Origin: Nostoc sp.
GTDB taxonomy: Bacteria > Cyanobacteriota > Cyanobacteriia > Cyanobacteriales > Nostocaceae
Length of the DNA: 64,000 bases
NCBI GenBank assembly: GCA_036918135.1
Contig: JBALDB010000007.1
Span: 128,001-192,000 of the forward strand
Direction: 5' to 3'
Part shown: positions 49,367-60,033 of the stretch, in pieces
How positions within the stretch are numbered: position 1 is the first letter of the stretch
Layout: the number at the start of each line of letters is the position of its first letter
Notes under the pieces: generated by a model
Databases searched by the model: none
Told to the model about the DNA's origin: nothing
The model's input: only the letters and a program-made list of their open reading frames with translations
Translations under genes and position numbers: made by a program

Positions 49367-50545
49367 ATGACGCGTCAATTTGAATACAGCACTCTTGCCC
49401 ATCCTCAGGATATTGAGCAGCTTGGGCCTCTCCTTGACCAGTGTTTTGTCAACGCACTTGGTAAGGAGGGAGCTTACATGAAGCGGGTTGGGGTAGAGAA
49501 TTTTCGGATTATTCGTGAGTCAGAGAATTTAGTTGGTGGATTGGCAACTCTCGATATGGCTCAGTGGTGGGGTGGTGAGCGTGTACCAATGACGGGAATT
49601 GCCGTAGTGGGTATTGCTCCAGAATACCGTGGTTCGGGAGCAGCGATCGCTCTCATGCAGCACACCCTTAAGGAACTTTATGCTAGGGGTATACCGCTCT
49701 CTGCTCTTTACCCAGCTGTGCAAAGCCTTTATCGAAAAGTCGGGTATGAGCAAGGGGGTAGCTGGTACATTTGGGAAGTTGCAACTAATACTATTGGGCT
49801 ACGGGAGCAATCCCTACCTTTGCAACCAGTAGTTCCGATAAATCATCAAGTCTTTCACGAACTATATCAGCAGCAGGCGAGACTGATGCATGGATATGTA
49901 GACCGACATCCCGCAATCTGGCAGCAATTAATCCAACCAGATGAAAAGGAAACAGTCTATGCCTATTTCATTGGTACAAAAGACCAACCCCAAGGTTACA
50001 TCATCTTCACTCAACAACGAACACCAGAAGGTGAAATCCTCTTTGTTAGAGATTGGGTACTGAGAACAGTTGCCGCTACACAAACTTTCTGGTCTTTTCT
50101 AGCCAGCAATCGCTCTCAAATTCAGCGGGTGCGTTGGAAGAGTTCTGCAATTGATACTCTAACATTGGTGTTACCAGAGCAAACTGCTAAAATATCGACT
50201 CAGTTTCGCTGGATGCTGCGGGTAGTAGATGTAGTTAAGGCATTGTCCATGCGGGGTTATCCATCGGCAATTCAAGCCGAGCTGCACCTAGATATTCAAG
50301 ATAATTTGCTAGATGCAAACAATGGTAAATTTATCCTTTCTGTTGCCAATGGACGCGGTGAAGTTACAAAAGGCGGAAAAGGTGAGTTGCAGCTAGATGT
50401 GCGAGAACTAGCACCACTATATACAAGTTTGTTCGCTCCCCACCACCTGCAAATGGCGGGAAAACTGCATGGGACAGAAGCAGCTATTTCAGCAGCTACA
50501 GAAATATTTGCAGCTAGCTCTCCTTCGGTGGCTGATTTCTTTTAA
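49367..50545 (+). CDS. eis: Eis-family GNAT acetyltransferase with SCP2-like C-terminus
   Basis: VGIAPEYRGSGAA, SALYP, YRKVGYE, WMLRVVDV, terminal ADFF. Confidence 0.88.
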   Translation: MTRQFEYSTLAHPQDIEQLGPLLDQCFVNALGKEGAYMKRVGVENFRIIRESENLVGGLATLDMAQWWGGERVPMTGIAVVGIAPEYRGSGAAIALMQHTLKELYARGIPLSALYPAVQSLYRKVGYEQGGSWYIWEVATNTIGLREQSLPLQPVVPINHQVFHELYQQQARLMHGYVDRHPAIWQQLIQPDEKETVYAYFIGTKDQPQGYIIFTQQRTPEGEILFVRDWVLRTVAATQTFWSFLASNRSQIQRVRWKSSAIDTLTLVLPEQTAKISTQFRWMLRVVDVVKALSMRGYPSAIQAELHLDIQDNLLDANNGKFILSVANGRGEVTKGGKGELQLDVRELAPLYTSLFAPHHLQMAGKLHGTEAAISAATEIFAASSPSVADFF

Positions 50546-50933
50546 AGAGAGTTACAAATCAAAAATACTTCAACTTTTCTTATGGGGCGGGCAAAATGTC
50601 CGCTCTTGTTTACGGCTGAAACGCCCACTTCACAAGTAGTAGTAATAATTTATTTTTAGTAATCCTTAAGTTGGAAACATAATTAATCTTTAGGTCGTCG
50701 TTCCGCTAGATTAACAATTTCTGTTGTTATCAATCCACATCACAAACAAGACTGTCAGCGATTTACTTTTAATAAGTAATGATGATTTATCGTGCTTATC
50801 TAATCCTAAATATCATTTTAAAAAATAACTCAACGGGATTTATGACTTTTTCTCCGGAAGTTCAGCACAGTCATCAGAAAACAATCTAAGTAAACCTGAT
50901 TAGTTCCTCCTTACTTGCACACACAATCACAAC

Positions 50934-52256
50934 ATGAAATCACATCTACTAGCGATTGGTTTAAGTAGTTTAGTTATAGTTGCAGGACAAGCTAAAGCCT
51001 CACAATTACAGTCTTGGTATTTTGATTCTAGCCAAAACCAATTAGACTTGACTACCACTTCAGGAATACAACCAAAAGCTTTTTTATTAGATAATCCTAG
51101 CCGATTAGTAATTGACTTACCTGAAACTAATTTTAATTCTGATAGTGTCAAACAAAGTTTTGGTAATGCGGTAAGAGAAATTCGCATCGGCAAACCAGAC
51201 TCTCAAACAACTCGTTTTGTCGTAGAATTAGCTCCTGGTTATAATGTTAATTCACAAAATATATCAATTAAAGGAGATTCTCCTTCTCATTGGATTGTTA
51301 AATTCAATTCATTTAACCGTCAAAATAATCCTATTGTTGGGGAGAATAGAGAAGATATTGCCATAAAATCTACAGATGCATCTACATTTGCTGGAGTTGT
51401 AAATCTTGGTCAAGAGATGGTTGGCATTAGTTCTCAAATTCGTACCTTGTTAGCGAGTTATAAATCATTAAACCCCGGAATATTTTTCTTAGATTTAGAT
51501 ACAGGAAACTATATAGATATTAATGGTGAAAAAAGATTTGCTGCTGCAAGTACAATTAAATTCCCCTTGTTAGTGGCTCTTTTCCAAGAAATAGACGCTG
51601 GGAGAATAAAACTCACAGATAAACTAGTGATGCGGCGCGATTTAAGGGTTGGTGAAGCTGGAACCATGCAATACAAACCTATTGGAACTAAATTTAGCGT
51701 CTTGGAAACTGCTACCTTGATGATGACAATCAGCGATAATACTGCAACAAATATGGTTCTCGATCGCTTGGGTGGTGCAGCAAAAGTTAGCCAACGTTTT
51801 CGTAGCTGGGGACTGCAAAATACAGCAGTTCGGAATTTACTTCCAGACATTCCTGGCACAAATACAACTAGTTCTAAAGATTTAGTGAGATTGGCGGCGT
51901 TAGTTTCTAACAATCGTTTGCTGTCCCTAAACAGCCGCGATCGAGTTTTAGACATTATGCGCCATGTCAAAACCAATAGTTTGCTACCCGCTGGTATTGG
52001 TCAAGGAGCTACCATCGCCCACAAAACTGGTACATTGAGATTTATCATTGGTGATGCGGGTATTATTAAAATGCCCAACGGCAAAAGCTATTTAGCAGGT
52101 GTTTTGGTACAAAGACCAAACTACGATCCCAAAGCTGGAGATTTTGTGCGTGAAGTTTCGCGTAGAGTCTATAATTACCTAGACCAAACCAAAGTTAGTA
52201 ACATAGAACCTCAAAAAGGCGATGCCTCCGGCTGGCTACGCCTACGCACTCGTTAG
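50934..52256 (+). CDS. AMIN domain plus class A beta-lactamase-like serine hydrolase
   Basis: Signal peptide, NPSRLVIDLP (AMIN), AASTIK (SxxK), SDN, HKTG. Confidence 0.9.
   Translation: MKSHLLAIGLSSLVIVAGQAKASQLQSWYFDSSQNQLDLTTTSGIQPKAFLLDNPSRLVIDLPETNFNSDSVKQSFGNAVREIRIGKPDSQTTRFVVELAPGYNVNSQNISIKGDSPSHWIVKFNSFNRQNNPIVGENREDIAIKSTDASTFAGVVNLGQEMVGISSQIRTLLASYKSLNPGIFFLDLDTGNYIDINGEKRFAAASTIKFPLLVALFQEIDAGRIKLTDKLVMRRDLRVGEAGTMQYKPIGTKFSVLETATLMMTISDNTATNMVLDRLGGAAKVSQRFRSWGLQNTAVRNLLPDIPGTNTTSSKDLVRLAALVSNNRLLSLNSRDRVLDIMRHVKTNSLLPAGIGQGATIAHKTGTLRFIIGDAGIIKMPNGKSYLAGVLVQRPNYDPKAGDFVREVSRRVYNYLDQTKVSNIEPQKGDASGWLRLRTR
52219..52247 (+). repeat. HIP1 site split by a 21-nt insert (SDR5-like)
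   Basis: GCGAT-gcctccggctggctacgccta-CGC. Confidence 0.75.
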
Positions 52257-52264
52257 TAATAAAG

Positions 52265-52291
52265 TAGGGGCGTACACCGTGTACGCCCCTA
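52265..52291. terminator. Perfect 13-bp hairpin (GTAG REP-like) between convergent genes
   Basis: taggggcgtacac-c-gtgtacgccccta. Confidence 0.7.
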
Positions 52292-52327
52292 GTTATGTAT
52301 CTATATCAGGTGTTTGGTGAAATGGTA

Positions 52328-54574
52328 TTAATTTAGAAAATTTCGGATAGCACTACCACCATTCCTACCAACAGCAGGAATTTCTAATAGACTATCTGTG
52401 GCTTTGCCAGTACCGTCGTCGGTAACATGTGTAGAGTTACCTGGATGTCCGTTGGGGACAAACAATTGCGGGTGGTCAAAAGGCGCTTTCTCATACCGAA
52501 CTCGCTCATCAGTTAGTCCCTTTAAAAAGGCGACCAATTGCTGCTTTTCTTCTGGTGAGAGATTCAGGGGGGGAAGAGCTCCAAAGTCACCACCGCGATT
52601 ATAAAAATCAATCACTTGCTCTAAAGTCGCCTGACCTCCATTGTGGAAGTAAGGAGCAGTGAGTTCCACGTTACGTAACCCAGGTGCTTTGAAAGCTCCG
52701 TCTGCAAACACAGTTTCACTGGGATTCAACGGTGGATTGAGGGTAGGAGGGTTTTCGCCAAGGAGAACCTGAAATTTCGCTAACTGAGCGACTCGTGCTT
52801 CTGAGAGCGGATTACCTTGGCCGTTACCAAACAAACCGTCATTACCACCCAAGCCGAGGTCGTCCGTGGTAGGTCTAACACCAATCTTAAAAAAGCCAGT
52901 ATCTTCAGGGCCGTTTGGAGGGAACGGCGCACGTTTGATGCGTCCTTCTTTATTGACATTAGTCACTGAAGCAGCGGTTAATTCCGAGCCAATGTGACAA
53001 CCGATGCACAAAGCTTTGCCCTCAAACAGTTGTTTACCTAGTTGCTGCTGTTGGCTGAGAGCAGTGGTGTTGCCTTCCAAGAAGCGATCGTAGGGCGTAT
53101 CATTGGCAATAAGTGTAGACTCGTACAACTGAATTGCCAGCCCGAAGAATAGCGAGAAGTTGTACTCCATTAATGTGTACTCATTAGTCTCCAAGGAGCG
53201 ATCGGGCTTTTTGACAAAAGTCCGTCTACCTTCAGAATCAACTTGGATCAGTCGATTAGACCTCCACCACTCAGGCTTGAAAGCATCTTTAATCATCTGA
53301 TCGTAGGTTCTATCTTTGAGTCCAGGTTTAGGCCATCTGCTATCTCTACCCAAAACACTGTCTTGTGGATGCACAACTTGTTCCCCTAAAGGTCTCAAGG
53401 GAAATAACTTTTTCGCAAGTTTTCGCGGCAGCTTTTTACCTCTACCAGCGCTCAGAGATGTTCTGTCAATTCGCCCGAACTTATCACCAATTTCTTGAAA
53501 AGTCCGACCATCAGCAGATACCTCAAAGGAACTGAGTGGTGGGCCGACCGCTTGAGAAGCCAAAGACGAATTATTTAGGCTGACTTTCACAAACTTGAGC
53601 TGATTTAGAGTTTCTGCCTTGACAACAGAAGCATTAGGGTCTCTCAAACCAAAAGGATTCACTCCATTAAAGATGTTCTGCGCCCTTCCGTCCCAGAAGT
53701 TGCGGAAGTTAAATACTGCGTTAATCACACTTGGGGTGTTACGAGCCTGAACGCGGCGCACATTTACACCTCCGACGTTAAACACCGGATCTGGCTCAGT
53801 TTTTACTTGGTCTTGTGCGCTACCAGGTGTAACATCAACAAACTTATTATTGGTCACCCCTTGGGAAGAACTGACATCGTTGCGATCGGATATAACGCTA
53901 GCAGGATTATTAGGGTCTGATAGCTTGTGGAAGGGAAAATCCTCTGGCTTGAGTTGGTAATTAGGTAAACCACCAACGTCAAAAACTGTATCTGGATTCT
54001 GTGTACCATCAGCGTTAACCCGCAAAAGCCCAGGAGCTATCTGATTTTTGGATCTATTGTCAGCTCCAGCATGGAAGTGACAACTAGCACAGGAAGTCAC
54101 GCCGTCGCTACCAACCTGCATATCCCAAAAAAGAGCCTTTCCTAACTTGATGGCGGCTACTTTGTCTTTTACAAAGTCTCCAAGATTGTCAGGCTGTGGA
54201 ACCGAGACGTTCTTGAGTGAAGCCGGCGATGCGGTAATCTGTGCTGATACGCTATTTCCAGCTATTACTGCTGCGGTAATCATGGCAGCAATTACTATAG
54301 TTTTGGAACTCGATTTCAGAGGTTTAAGCTTGCCAGCTCTGTATCTTTGCCTTTGGGGCTTGATGCCAACGGCTAATTTAGATGGTGGAGTTGCTCTCGA
54401 AAATTTCTGATGGTTAAAATGCGGTAATTTCAGGTCAGAGGCTAAGCTTTGGACTGCTTGCTCAAGATTGGTGACCAGAAATTTGAGTAAACATCGACCA
54501 TTTGAGGTGAGTAGTAAATAAATTGGTAAACTGGCTAAAACCAGCACCAATACTATTACGGCTATAAACCCCAT
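52328..54574 (-). CDS. Di-heme cytochrome c peroxidase/MauG family protein (start uncertain)
   Basis: LGKALFWD, CASCH, NFWDGRA, CIGCH, FKAPGLRNVELTAPYFHNG. Confidence 0.9.
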   Translation of the reverse strand: MGFIAVIVLVLVLASLPIYLLLTSNGRCLLKFLVTNLEQAVQSLASDLKLPHFNHQKFSRATPPSKLAVGIKPQRQRYRAGKLKPLKSSSKTIVIAAMITAAVIAGNSVSAQITASPASLKNVSVPQPDNLGDFVKDKVAAIKLGKALFWDMQVGSDGVTSCASCHFHAGADNRSKNQIAPGLLRVNADGTQNPDTVFDVGGLPNYQLKPEDFPFHKLSDPNNPASVISDRNDVSSSQGVTNNKFVDVTPGSAQDQVKTEPDPVFNVGGVNVRRVQARNTPSVINAVFNFRNFWDGRAQNIFNGVNPFGLRDPNASVVKAETLNQLKFVKVSLNNSSLASQAVGPPLSSFEVSADGRTFQEIGDKFGRIDRTSLSAGRGKKLPRKLAKKLFPLRPLGEQVVHPQDSVLGRDSRWPKPGLKDRTYDQMIKDAFKPEWWRSNRLIQVDSEGRRTFVKKPDRSLETNEYTLMEYNFSLFFGLAIQLYESTLIANDTPYDRFLEGNTTALSQQQQLGKQLFEGKALCIGCHIGSELTAASVTNVNKEGRIKRAPFPPNGPEDTGFFKIGVRPTTDDLGLGGNDGLFGNGQGNPLSEARVAQLAKFQVLLGENPPTLNPPLNPSETVFADGAFKAPGLRNVELTAPYFHNGGQATLEQVIDFYNRGGDFGALPPLNLSPEEKQQLVAFLKGLTDERVRYEKAPFDHPQLFVPNGHPGNSTHVTDDGTGKATDSLLEIPAVGRNGGSAIRNFLN

Positions 54575-54844
54575 AATTTTTTGCTATAAAATAATACTGC
54601 AATAAATTATACATTTGGTAAAAAGCCTGAAATTTATTGTTTACGTAAAATCATTAAAAATTTTTTGTAAATAAAAAGACTAGAGAAGAAAAATAAATTA
54701 ACAGTAAGAGGTAATTTTTAATACATATAATTTAGCTAAAATAGCGACTAATGTACTTATAGAGCAAGAGTTTTAAAAAATTTAAATATGTAAAATAGAT
54801 ATGTTTGAGCTTCTTATCAGCCACACTTTGGCAAGCATATTTAA

Positions 54845-55768
54845 ATGTCATTACATCAAAGTTCTGGTCGCTGGCGTTTAGGATTAGCTTTATCGCTATT
54901 AACAGTCTTATTATGGGGAATTTTACCTATTACTTTGACAATAACTCTACAAGCACTTGATGTTTATACAGTTATTTGGTTTCGCTTTTTAGTATCATTC
55001 GTACTACTTTTTATATATTTAGGAATACGTGGTAAATTGCCGAAATTAGAACAATTGCGTTCTAATTCAGGAAAGTTATTAGCGATCGCTACACTTTTCT
55101 TAGCAATTAATTACTTCTTATTCATGCAAGGTTTAGCATTAACATCACCAGCTAATGCTGAAGTTCTGATTCAATTAGCTGCTGTTTTATTAGGTTTGGG
55201 CGGTTTAGTAATTTTTAAAGAACGTTATCGGCTATATCAATGGATTGGTGTAAGTGTACTAACTTGGGGTTACTTTTTATTCTTTAAGGAGCAGCTAACA
55301 AATTTAATTACAGTGCATAATACCTATATACTTGGTAGCGTTTTGATTGTGCTAGGGGCAGCAGCATGGGCTATTTATGCTTTGGCACAAAAGCAATTAT
55401 TACAATTTTTCTCTTCTGCGAGCATTATGCTAATTATTTACGCAGGCTGTGCTTTATTATTCACTCCTTTAGCTAGAGTAAAATCAATTTTTACACTTGA
55501 TACTTTGCACTTAGGAATGTTGATTTTTTGTGCTTTGAATACTCTAATCGCTTACGGTGCTTTTGCTGAATCATTAGAACATTGGGAAGCATCACGAGTG
55601 AGTGCAGTATTAGCTTTAGCTCCGATTGTGACATTAATATCAGTTGCCGTTGTATCAGCGATCGCACCTGATTTGATTCCACCAGAACGCTTGACTTTTC
55701 TAGGAATATTAGGAGCGGCTTTAGTAGTCACAGGTTCAGTGGCGATCGCTTTGGGAAAAACTAATTGA
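54845..55768 (+). CDS. DMT/EamA family transporter
   Basis: About ten TM helices, LLWG, FKER, duplicated EamA layout. Confidence 0.9.
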   Translation: MSLHQSSGRWRLGLALSLLTVLLWGILPITLTITLQALDVYTVIWFRFLVSFVLLFIYLGIRGKLPKLEQLRSNSGKLLAIATLFLAINYFLFMQGLALTSPANAEVLIQLAAVLLGLGGLVIFKERYRLYQWIGVSVLTWGYFLFFKEQLTNLITVHNTYILGSVLIVLGAAAWAIYALAQKQLLQFFSSASIMLIIYAGCALLFTPLARVKSIFTLDTLHLGMLIFCALNTLIAYGAFAESLEHWEASRVSAVLALAPIVTLISVAVVSAIAPDLIPPERLTFLGILGAALVVTGSVAIALGKTN

Positions 55769-56265
55769 AAAAGTCAGAATTCAGAATGTAAAAAATCAAT
55801 ATAGATTTGCCTATTTTGAATAGTAATCATACTTAAGTAATTTCAAAAAAATAAATTACGCAAAATTATTTCCACGTTTGTAAGGGTACAAGCTCTTACA
55901 AATGTAAAATGGGATATTTTTTTAACTAGAAGTCTCTTTCTCAGATTAATCCTCAATTTTACTTAGAAGATTTCTGAGAATAAATAATAATTATTTTTAA
56001 AAGCTTTAATATTTCTATCTAGCAAAATTGTGGCATATTCAAAGTTACAACATGAATACTGAGGCAGAAGATTTTTTAATTTGCTATGATTTTCTAGTGA
56101 AGGCAAACTACTGAAGTCATTCTTTTGTTAAATCGATACTTTACCCACAAGTTTGACTCTGTAGCAATCTAACTTGTTAAACTTATAGCCAACAAAAATG
56201 TTTGAAGAAGAATTACGAAGTCAGAATTCAGCAGTTATCATCAATCAGTAATGATTAAAAATACA

Positions 56266-56370
56266 CTAGTATAGGACGGCAAAAATCTAGCTACCATCTT
56301 AATTAGGTAGATAGATAAGAGGCTTCAGCCCCTTATTAAAGGTAGGCAAACTTATGCCATAGTGTACTAG
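56266..56370. mobile_element. Degenerate MITE-like element with CTAG ends
   Basis: ctagtataggacggc ... gccatagtgtactag imperfect terminal inverted repeats. Confidence 0.5.
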
Positions 56371-56749
56371 TTTATCGTTGACTAGGCTAATGCGCCTATA
56401 TATTGCACAAACTCCGTATAGACTGTCATTAGTCATTTGTATTTCTAAGGATAGAGGACTTTTGACAAAGGACAACCCTCACTAGTTAATGTGCAATTTT
56501 TTTTGCATAACAGCTTATCAAATGAATGATTTTGTATAGGTTTTAAACCAATTTGTTCAGACGCTCGTGGACTCGCTACTGCTGCGCTATCTGTAACTCA
56601 TACATAAATCATCCTGAATTCTGAGTTGGAAATTATGAATTCTTTTTCAAGAAAGTTGAGGCTAATAATTTTTAGTCAACCGAGCAGGGCGCCCGAATAA
56701 CTACCAAAGCCAACACTTGACAAAACCAGACTACCGAAACAGTTGAGCG

Positions 56750-58465
56750 ATGAATAGTTTGTTTGGTAATTGGGCCAGCACCCTGAGAAGAAATTCCCTA
56801 TTGCTGGTTCTTTCAATGGTGCTGCCAACGTTTGGAATTAATAATTCTGTCTTGGCGGCAGAGCGTATTTATGCATCTTATTCGGCTCTAGAGCTTTCGA
56901 TTTCAGTGACAGCTTTAGAAAACTACGCCAAAACAGGTATAACTGATGGTGATTTAGCAGCATATCAACAATATTTACCTGTTGAAAAGCTTCAAGAATT
57001 GCGACGGATTTTACTCAATCGAGTCAAAGTTAGTCCAGCAGTAGTTTCCCAACTTCTCTACACACCCCAAGGAGAATTTTTACTGCATAGATTGGCGCAA
57101 GTGATTAAAACCAAATCCGATCGGCCAGAACCAGGATTTGATGCTTTGCGATCAGCGCTAATTTTAGCCTCTGGTGAACCGGAAGGCTTAACATTTTTAA
57201 ATGTATTGCGTAAATATCCTAGTGCTAGTATTCACCTTGATGTAGCGCAGACTTTGGGAATAGCTACAGAACTGGATAAACTTATTAATCAAACCCATCG
57301 AGCGATCGCAGCAGTTTCCCAAAAGTCAGAAATAGAGGCTACTGCTATCCAACAACCCAATTTATCACAACTACCTAATTTACAAGCTCCAGGAAAGTTT
57401 AAGTCACAAAAATATACCTTGAAGTTTTTCGACTCAACACGCAATCGACTTTTATTAACTGATGTTTACATTCCGAAAACTCAAACATCTACACCTGTAA
57501 TTGTAATTTCTCATGGCTTGGGTTTAGACAGCAGCAACTTTCAATATTTAGCCACTCATTTAGCTTCATACGGATTTACTGTAGCTGTTCCCAATCATCC
57601 TGGTAGCGATACAAAACAATTACGCTCCCTATTGAATAAACACGCCAATGAACTATCACAAGCAAGTGAATTTAAAGACCGACCTTTAGATATTACATTC
57701 ATCCTAAATCAATTGGAAAAAGCTAACCAATCTGATTCACGGTTTAAAAATCGCTTAAATGTGCAAGACGTTGGTGTATTTGGTCAATCTTTGGGAGGCT
57801 ATACAGCCTTGGCCTTGGCAGGCGCTAAAATTAACTTTAAGCAGTTAAAACAAGACTGTCAGCTAGCAAGACTAGAAAAAACCTGGAATATGTCTTTACT
57901 GCTCCAGTGTCGTGCTTTGGAATTAAATATTAATAACTCTGGCAAGGATTATAACTTGCGGGATAAGAGAGTCAAAGCAGCGATCGCAGTTAATCCAATT
58001 ACCAGTTCTATTTTTGGCCAAACTGGCTTAAATCAAATAAAAACTCCAGTGATGATTGTCAGCAGTAGTGATGATACTGTTGCACCAGCTTTATCCGAGC
58101 AAATTTTACCTTTCTCTTGGTTAGCGAATTCATCAAAGTATCTTGTCATGCTTGTAGGTGCTACTCACTTTTCCACCATTGGTAACGCTAGCCCTGCAAA
58201 TCAGCAAGTACCATTACCCGCTGAGATGATTGGCGATGCTTCCCAAGCGCGTCGTTACATGAATGTTCTAAGTTTACCTTTCTTCCAAACTTATGTTGCA
58301 GGAAAGTCACAATACATTCCTTATCTCAACGCCAGCTACACTCAAAGCATTTCTAGTAAATCTCTTGGTTTGAGCCTGGTTAAGTCATTTAATACAACTG
58401 AGTTAGCACAAGTATTAGATATTAAAGGAGGTAAACCCTTAAAAAAAAAGTTCCCAACACCATAG
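56750..58465 (+). CDS. DUF1400 plus alpha/beta hydrolase
   Basis: AAERIY N-terminal domain, VISHGLG, HPGS, GQSLGG nucleophile elbow, GATHFS. Confidence 0.88.
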   Translation: MNSLFGNWASTLRRNSLLLVLSMVLPTFGINNSVLAAERIYASYSALELSISVTALENYAKTGITDGDLAAYQQYLPVEKLQELRRILLNRVKVSPAVVSQLLYTPQGEFLLHRLAQVIKTKSDRPEPGFDALRSALILASGEPEGLTFLNVLRKYPSASIHLDVAQTLGIATELDKLINQTHRAIAAVSQKSEIEATAIQQPNLSQLPNLQAPGKFKSQKYTLKFFDSTRNRLLLTDVYIPKTQTSTPVIVISHGLGLDSSNFQYLATHLASYGFTVAVPNHPGSDTKQLRSLLNKHANELSQASEFKDRPLDITFILNQLEKANQSDSRFKNRLNVQDVGVFGQSLGGYTALALAGAKINFKQLKQDCQLARLEKTWNMSLLLQCRALELNINNSGKDYNLRDKRVKAAIAVNPITSSIFGQTGLNQIKTPVMIVSSSDDTVAPALSEQILPFSWLANSSKYLVMLVGATHFSTIGNASPANQQVPLPAEMIGDASQARRYMNVLSLPFFQTYVAGKSQYIPYLNASYTQSISSKSLGLSLVKSFNTTELAQVLDIKGGKPLKKKFPTP

Positions 58466-58859
58466 TCAGCTTCGGATTTTGGATGTTGGATATAGGTGTT
58501 TCATTACTGAATGTAATGATTTTTATTTGATTTTGCAATAAATTTTAATTACTAATAATCCAAGTTGCTAGTTATGGATTCAAGCGATCGCATTCGCTAG
58601 TAAATTTGTATTTCATAGCCTGCAACTTGAATTATTATCCAATGTCCAACTTTTGACTACCTCAGATATCCATTGCAGAACATGGTTTTTGAGTTGAGGC
58701 GATCCTTCGACAAAACTACAGAGAGTATTTTACCGTACAACCTCAGCAGAATATTTACTGAGATTAATTTTCTTGTGACAGCTTTGTTTGTAACTGCTCG
58801 CTATTTATCTCATTGTTTATCTGGCTACAGATTAAGTCAGAGACTTCTGTGGAAAGTAG

Positions 58860-59129
58860 CTAAATTTTTGACGCGATAATCGCAATAAATACAGCAAGAC
58901 CTAATGCTCTGCGAAAATAATTAACACCTTGAAATAATTCCAGCCACGCCCAAGTAAATATGGAGCCATTTGCCAGTACGTCTAAGACTACATTAATTTT
59001 GCCACTTGTAAAAACTAGAGTTAATAAACTAGCTACTGCCCAAAGAATAATTGGTGGGTTTGGCGGCTGAGCTATAACAATTTTGCCCTCACTGTCACGA
59101 AACGTTTGATCGAATAATGTATTTTCCAT
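58860..59129 (-). CDS. Small hypothetical membrane protein
   Basis: 89 aa with hydrophobic helices, IVIAQPPN and WAWLELFQGVNYFRRALG. Confidence 0.75.
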   Translation of the reverse strand: MENTLFDQTFRDSEGKIVIAQPPNPPIILWAVASLLTLVFTSGKINVVLDVLANGSIFTWAWLELFQGVNYFRRALGLAVFIAIIASKI

Positions 59130-59536
59130 TCTTTGAAATTCCTAGTTAGCTAAAAATCAATAACTTACCAAAATTACCAGGTGGTCTTTTGAAAGTAAAC
59201 TGATATTTATTTAATAGCATTAAAACATTGAATTAAGTCTCTTTCCAAGTATCTAATTGCTGAGATCAAAAGCGAGAAACATATTCATATATGAGTAGAT
59301 AAAGAGGTATACTTACACAAAGACCAATACATAGGACTCCTATTTGGAGCTATTGTAACAAAAGTATGACTGTTGACTGTAAACAGTGGGATATTTTTTT
59401 ATTTGTTAGTCCCTTAAGGGCTTAAAACAAAGAATAAATTCTTAAGTTTTTGCAGCTACATTAGGGGAAAGCACCATAAATTATGAATTACAAAACTTGC
59501 TTCTCGCCTTTGGCGAGTATTACGAATTAGTAATTA

Positions 59537-59690
59537 TTCAGTCAATACGGTATTAGCGGCAATTTGTTGGACTCGTCCGGCAGCAATTAACCATTCGATA
59601 TCGCGATTGTGCAACTCTGCAAAGATAATCAGCGCGCTTCTCTCAGTTGTGGCTTACTTAAAATTACCGTACTGCATCCGAGTCGATCAT
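59537..59690 (-). pseudogene. Fragment of a cyclic-nucleotide-binding domain gene
   Basis: Minus strand reads LIIFAELHNRDIEWLIAAGRVQQIAANTVLTE; no start, then truncated. Confidence 0.55.
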
Positions 59691-59699
59691 TTACTCAAG

Positions 59700-59842
59700 C
59701 CTATTCGCTAACAAGGAACTGGTAAATCTAATGTAACTGCGAATATTGCAACTGCGATCGCTCGTGCAGGATAGCGTGTTGGAATCATAGATACGGATAT
59801 TCAATCACCAGGAATTCACGTTCCTTTTGGCTTGGACGAAAA
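59700..59842 (+). pseudogene. MinD/ParA-family ATPase fragment
   Basis: GTGKSNVTANIATAIARAG*RVGIIDTDIQSPGIHVPFGLDE: deviant Walker A with an in-frame TAG. Confidence 0.8.
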
Positions 59843-60033
59843 CCGTCAGTATGATAGCCCAACACCTCAGCGAAAGTAGCAAGCCGATAAATCAGCCATT
59901 TCAACTGGGGAAAAGAGGCGATTGCTAACTAATAAGTAGCTCAACCTAATTAAATCTGAAATGTCTGCGCTTTATAACGATAGTATTATCATTTCAGCAA
60001 CAAATAACAATCAAAATCTGTATATGTACTAAA

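Noticed and set aside
49367..50545. Eis acetyltransferase as the self-resistance gene of the cluster
   Set aside because: Eis homologs are common in cyanobacteria and about 490 bp of repeat-containing DNA separates it from the cluster; only proximity supports it
50934..52256. Beta-lactamase or prodrug-activating peptidase of the cluster
   Set aside because: AMIN plus class-A fold fits ordinary cyanobacterial cell-wall PBP-like proteins
55769..56749. ncRNA or CRISPR array in the long intergenic region
   Set aside because: Only degenerate MITE-like and short repeats are visible, with no regular repeat-spacer pattern
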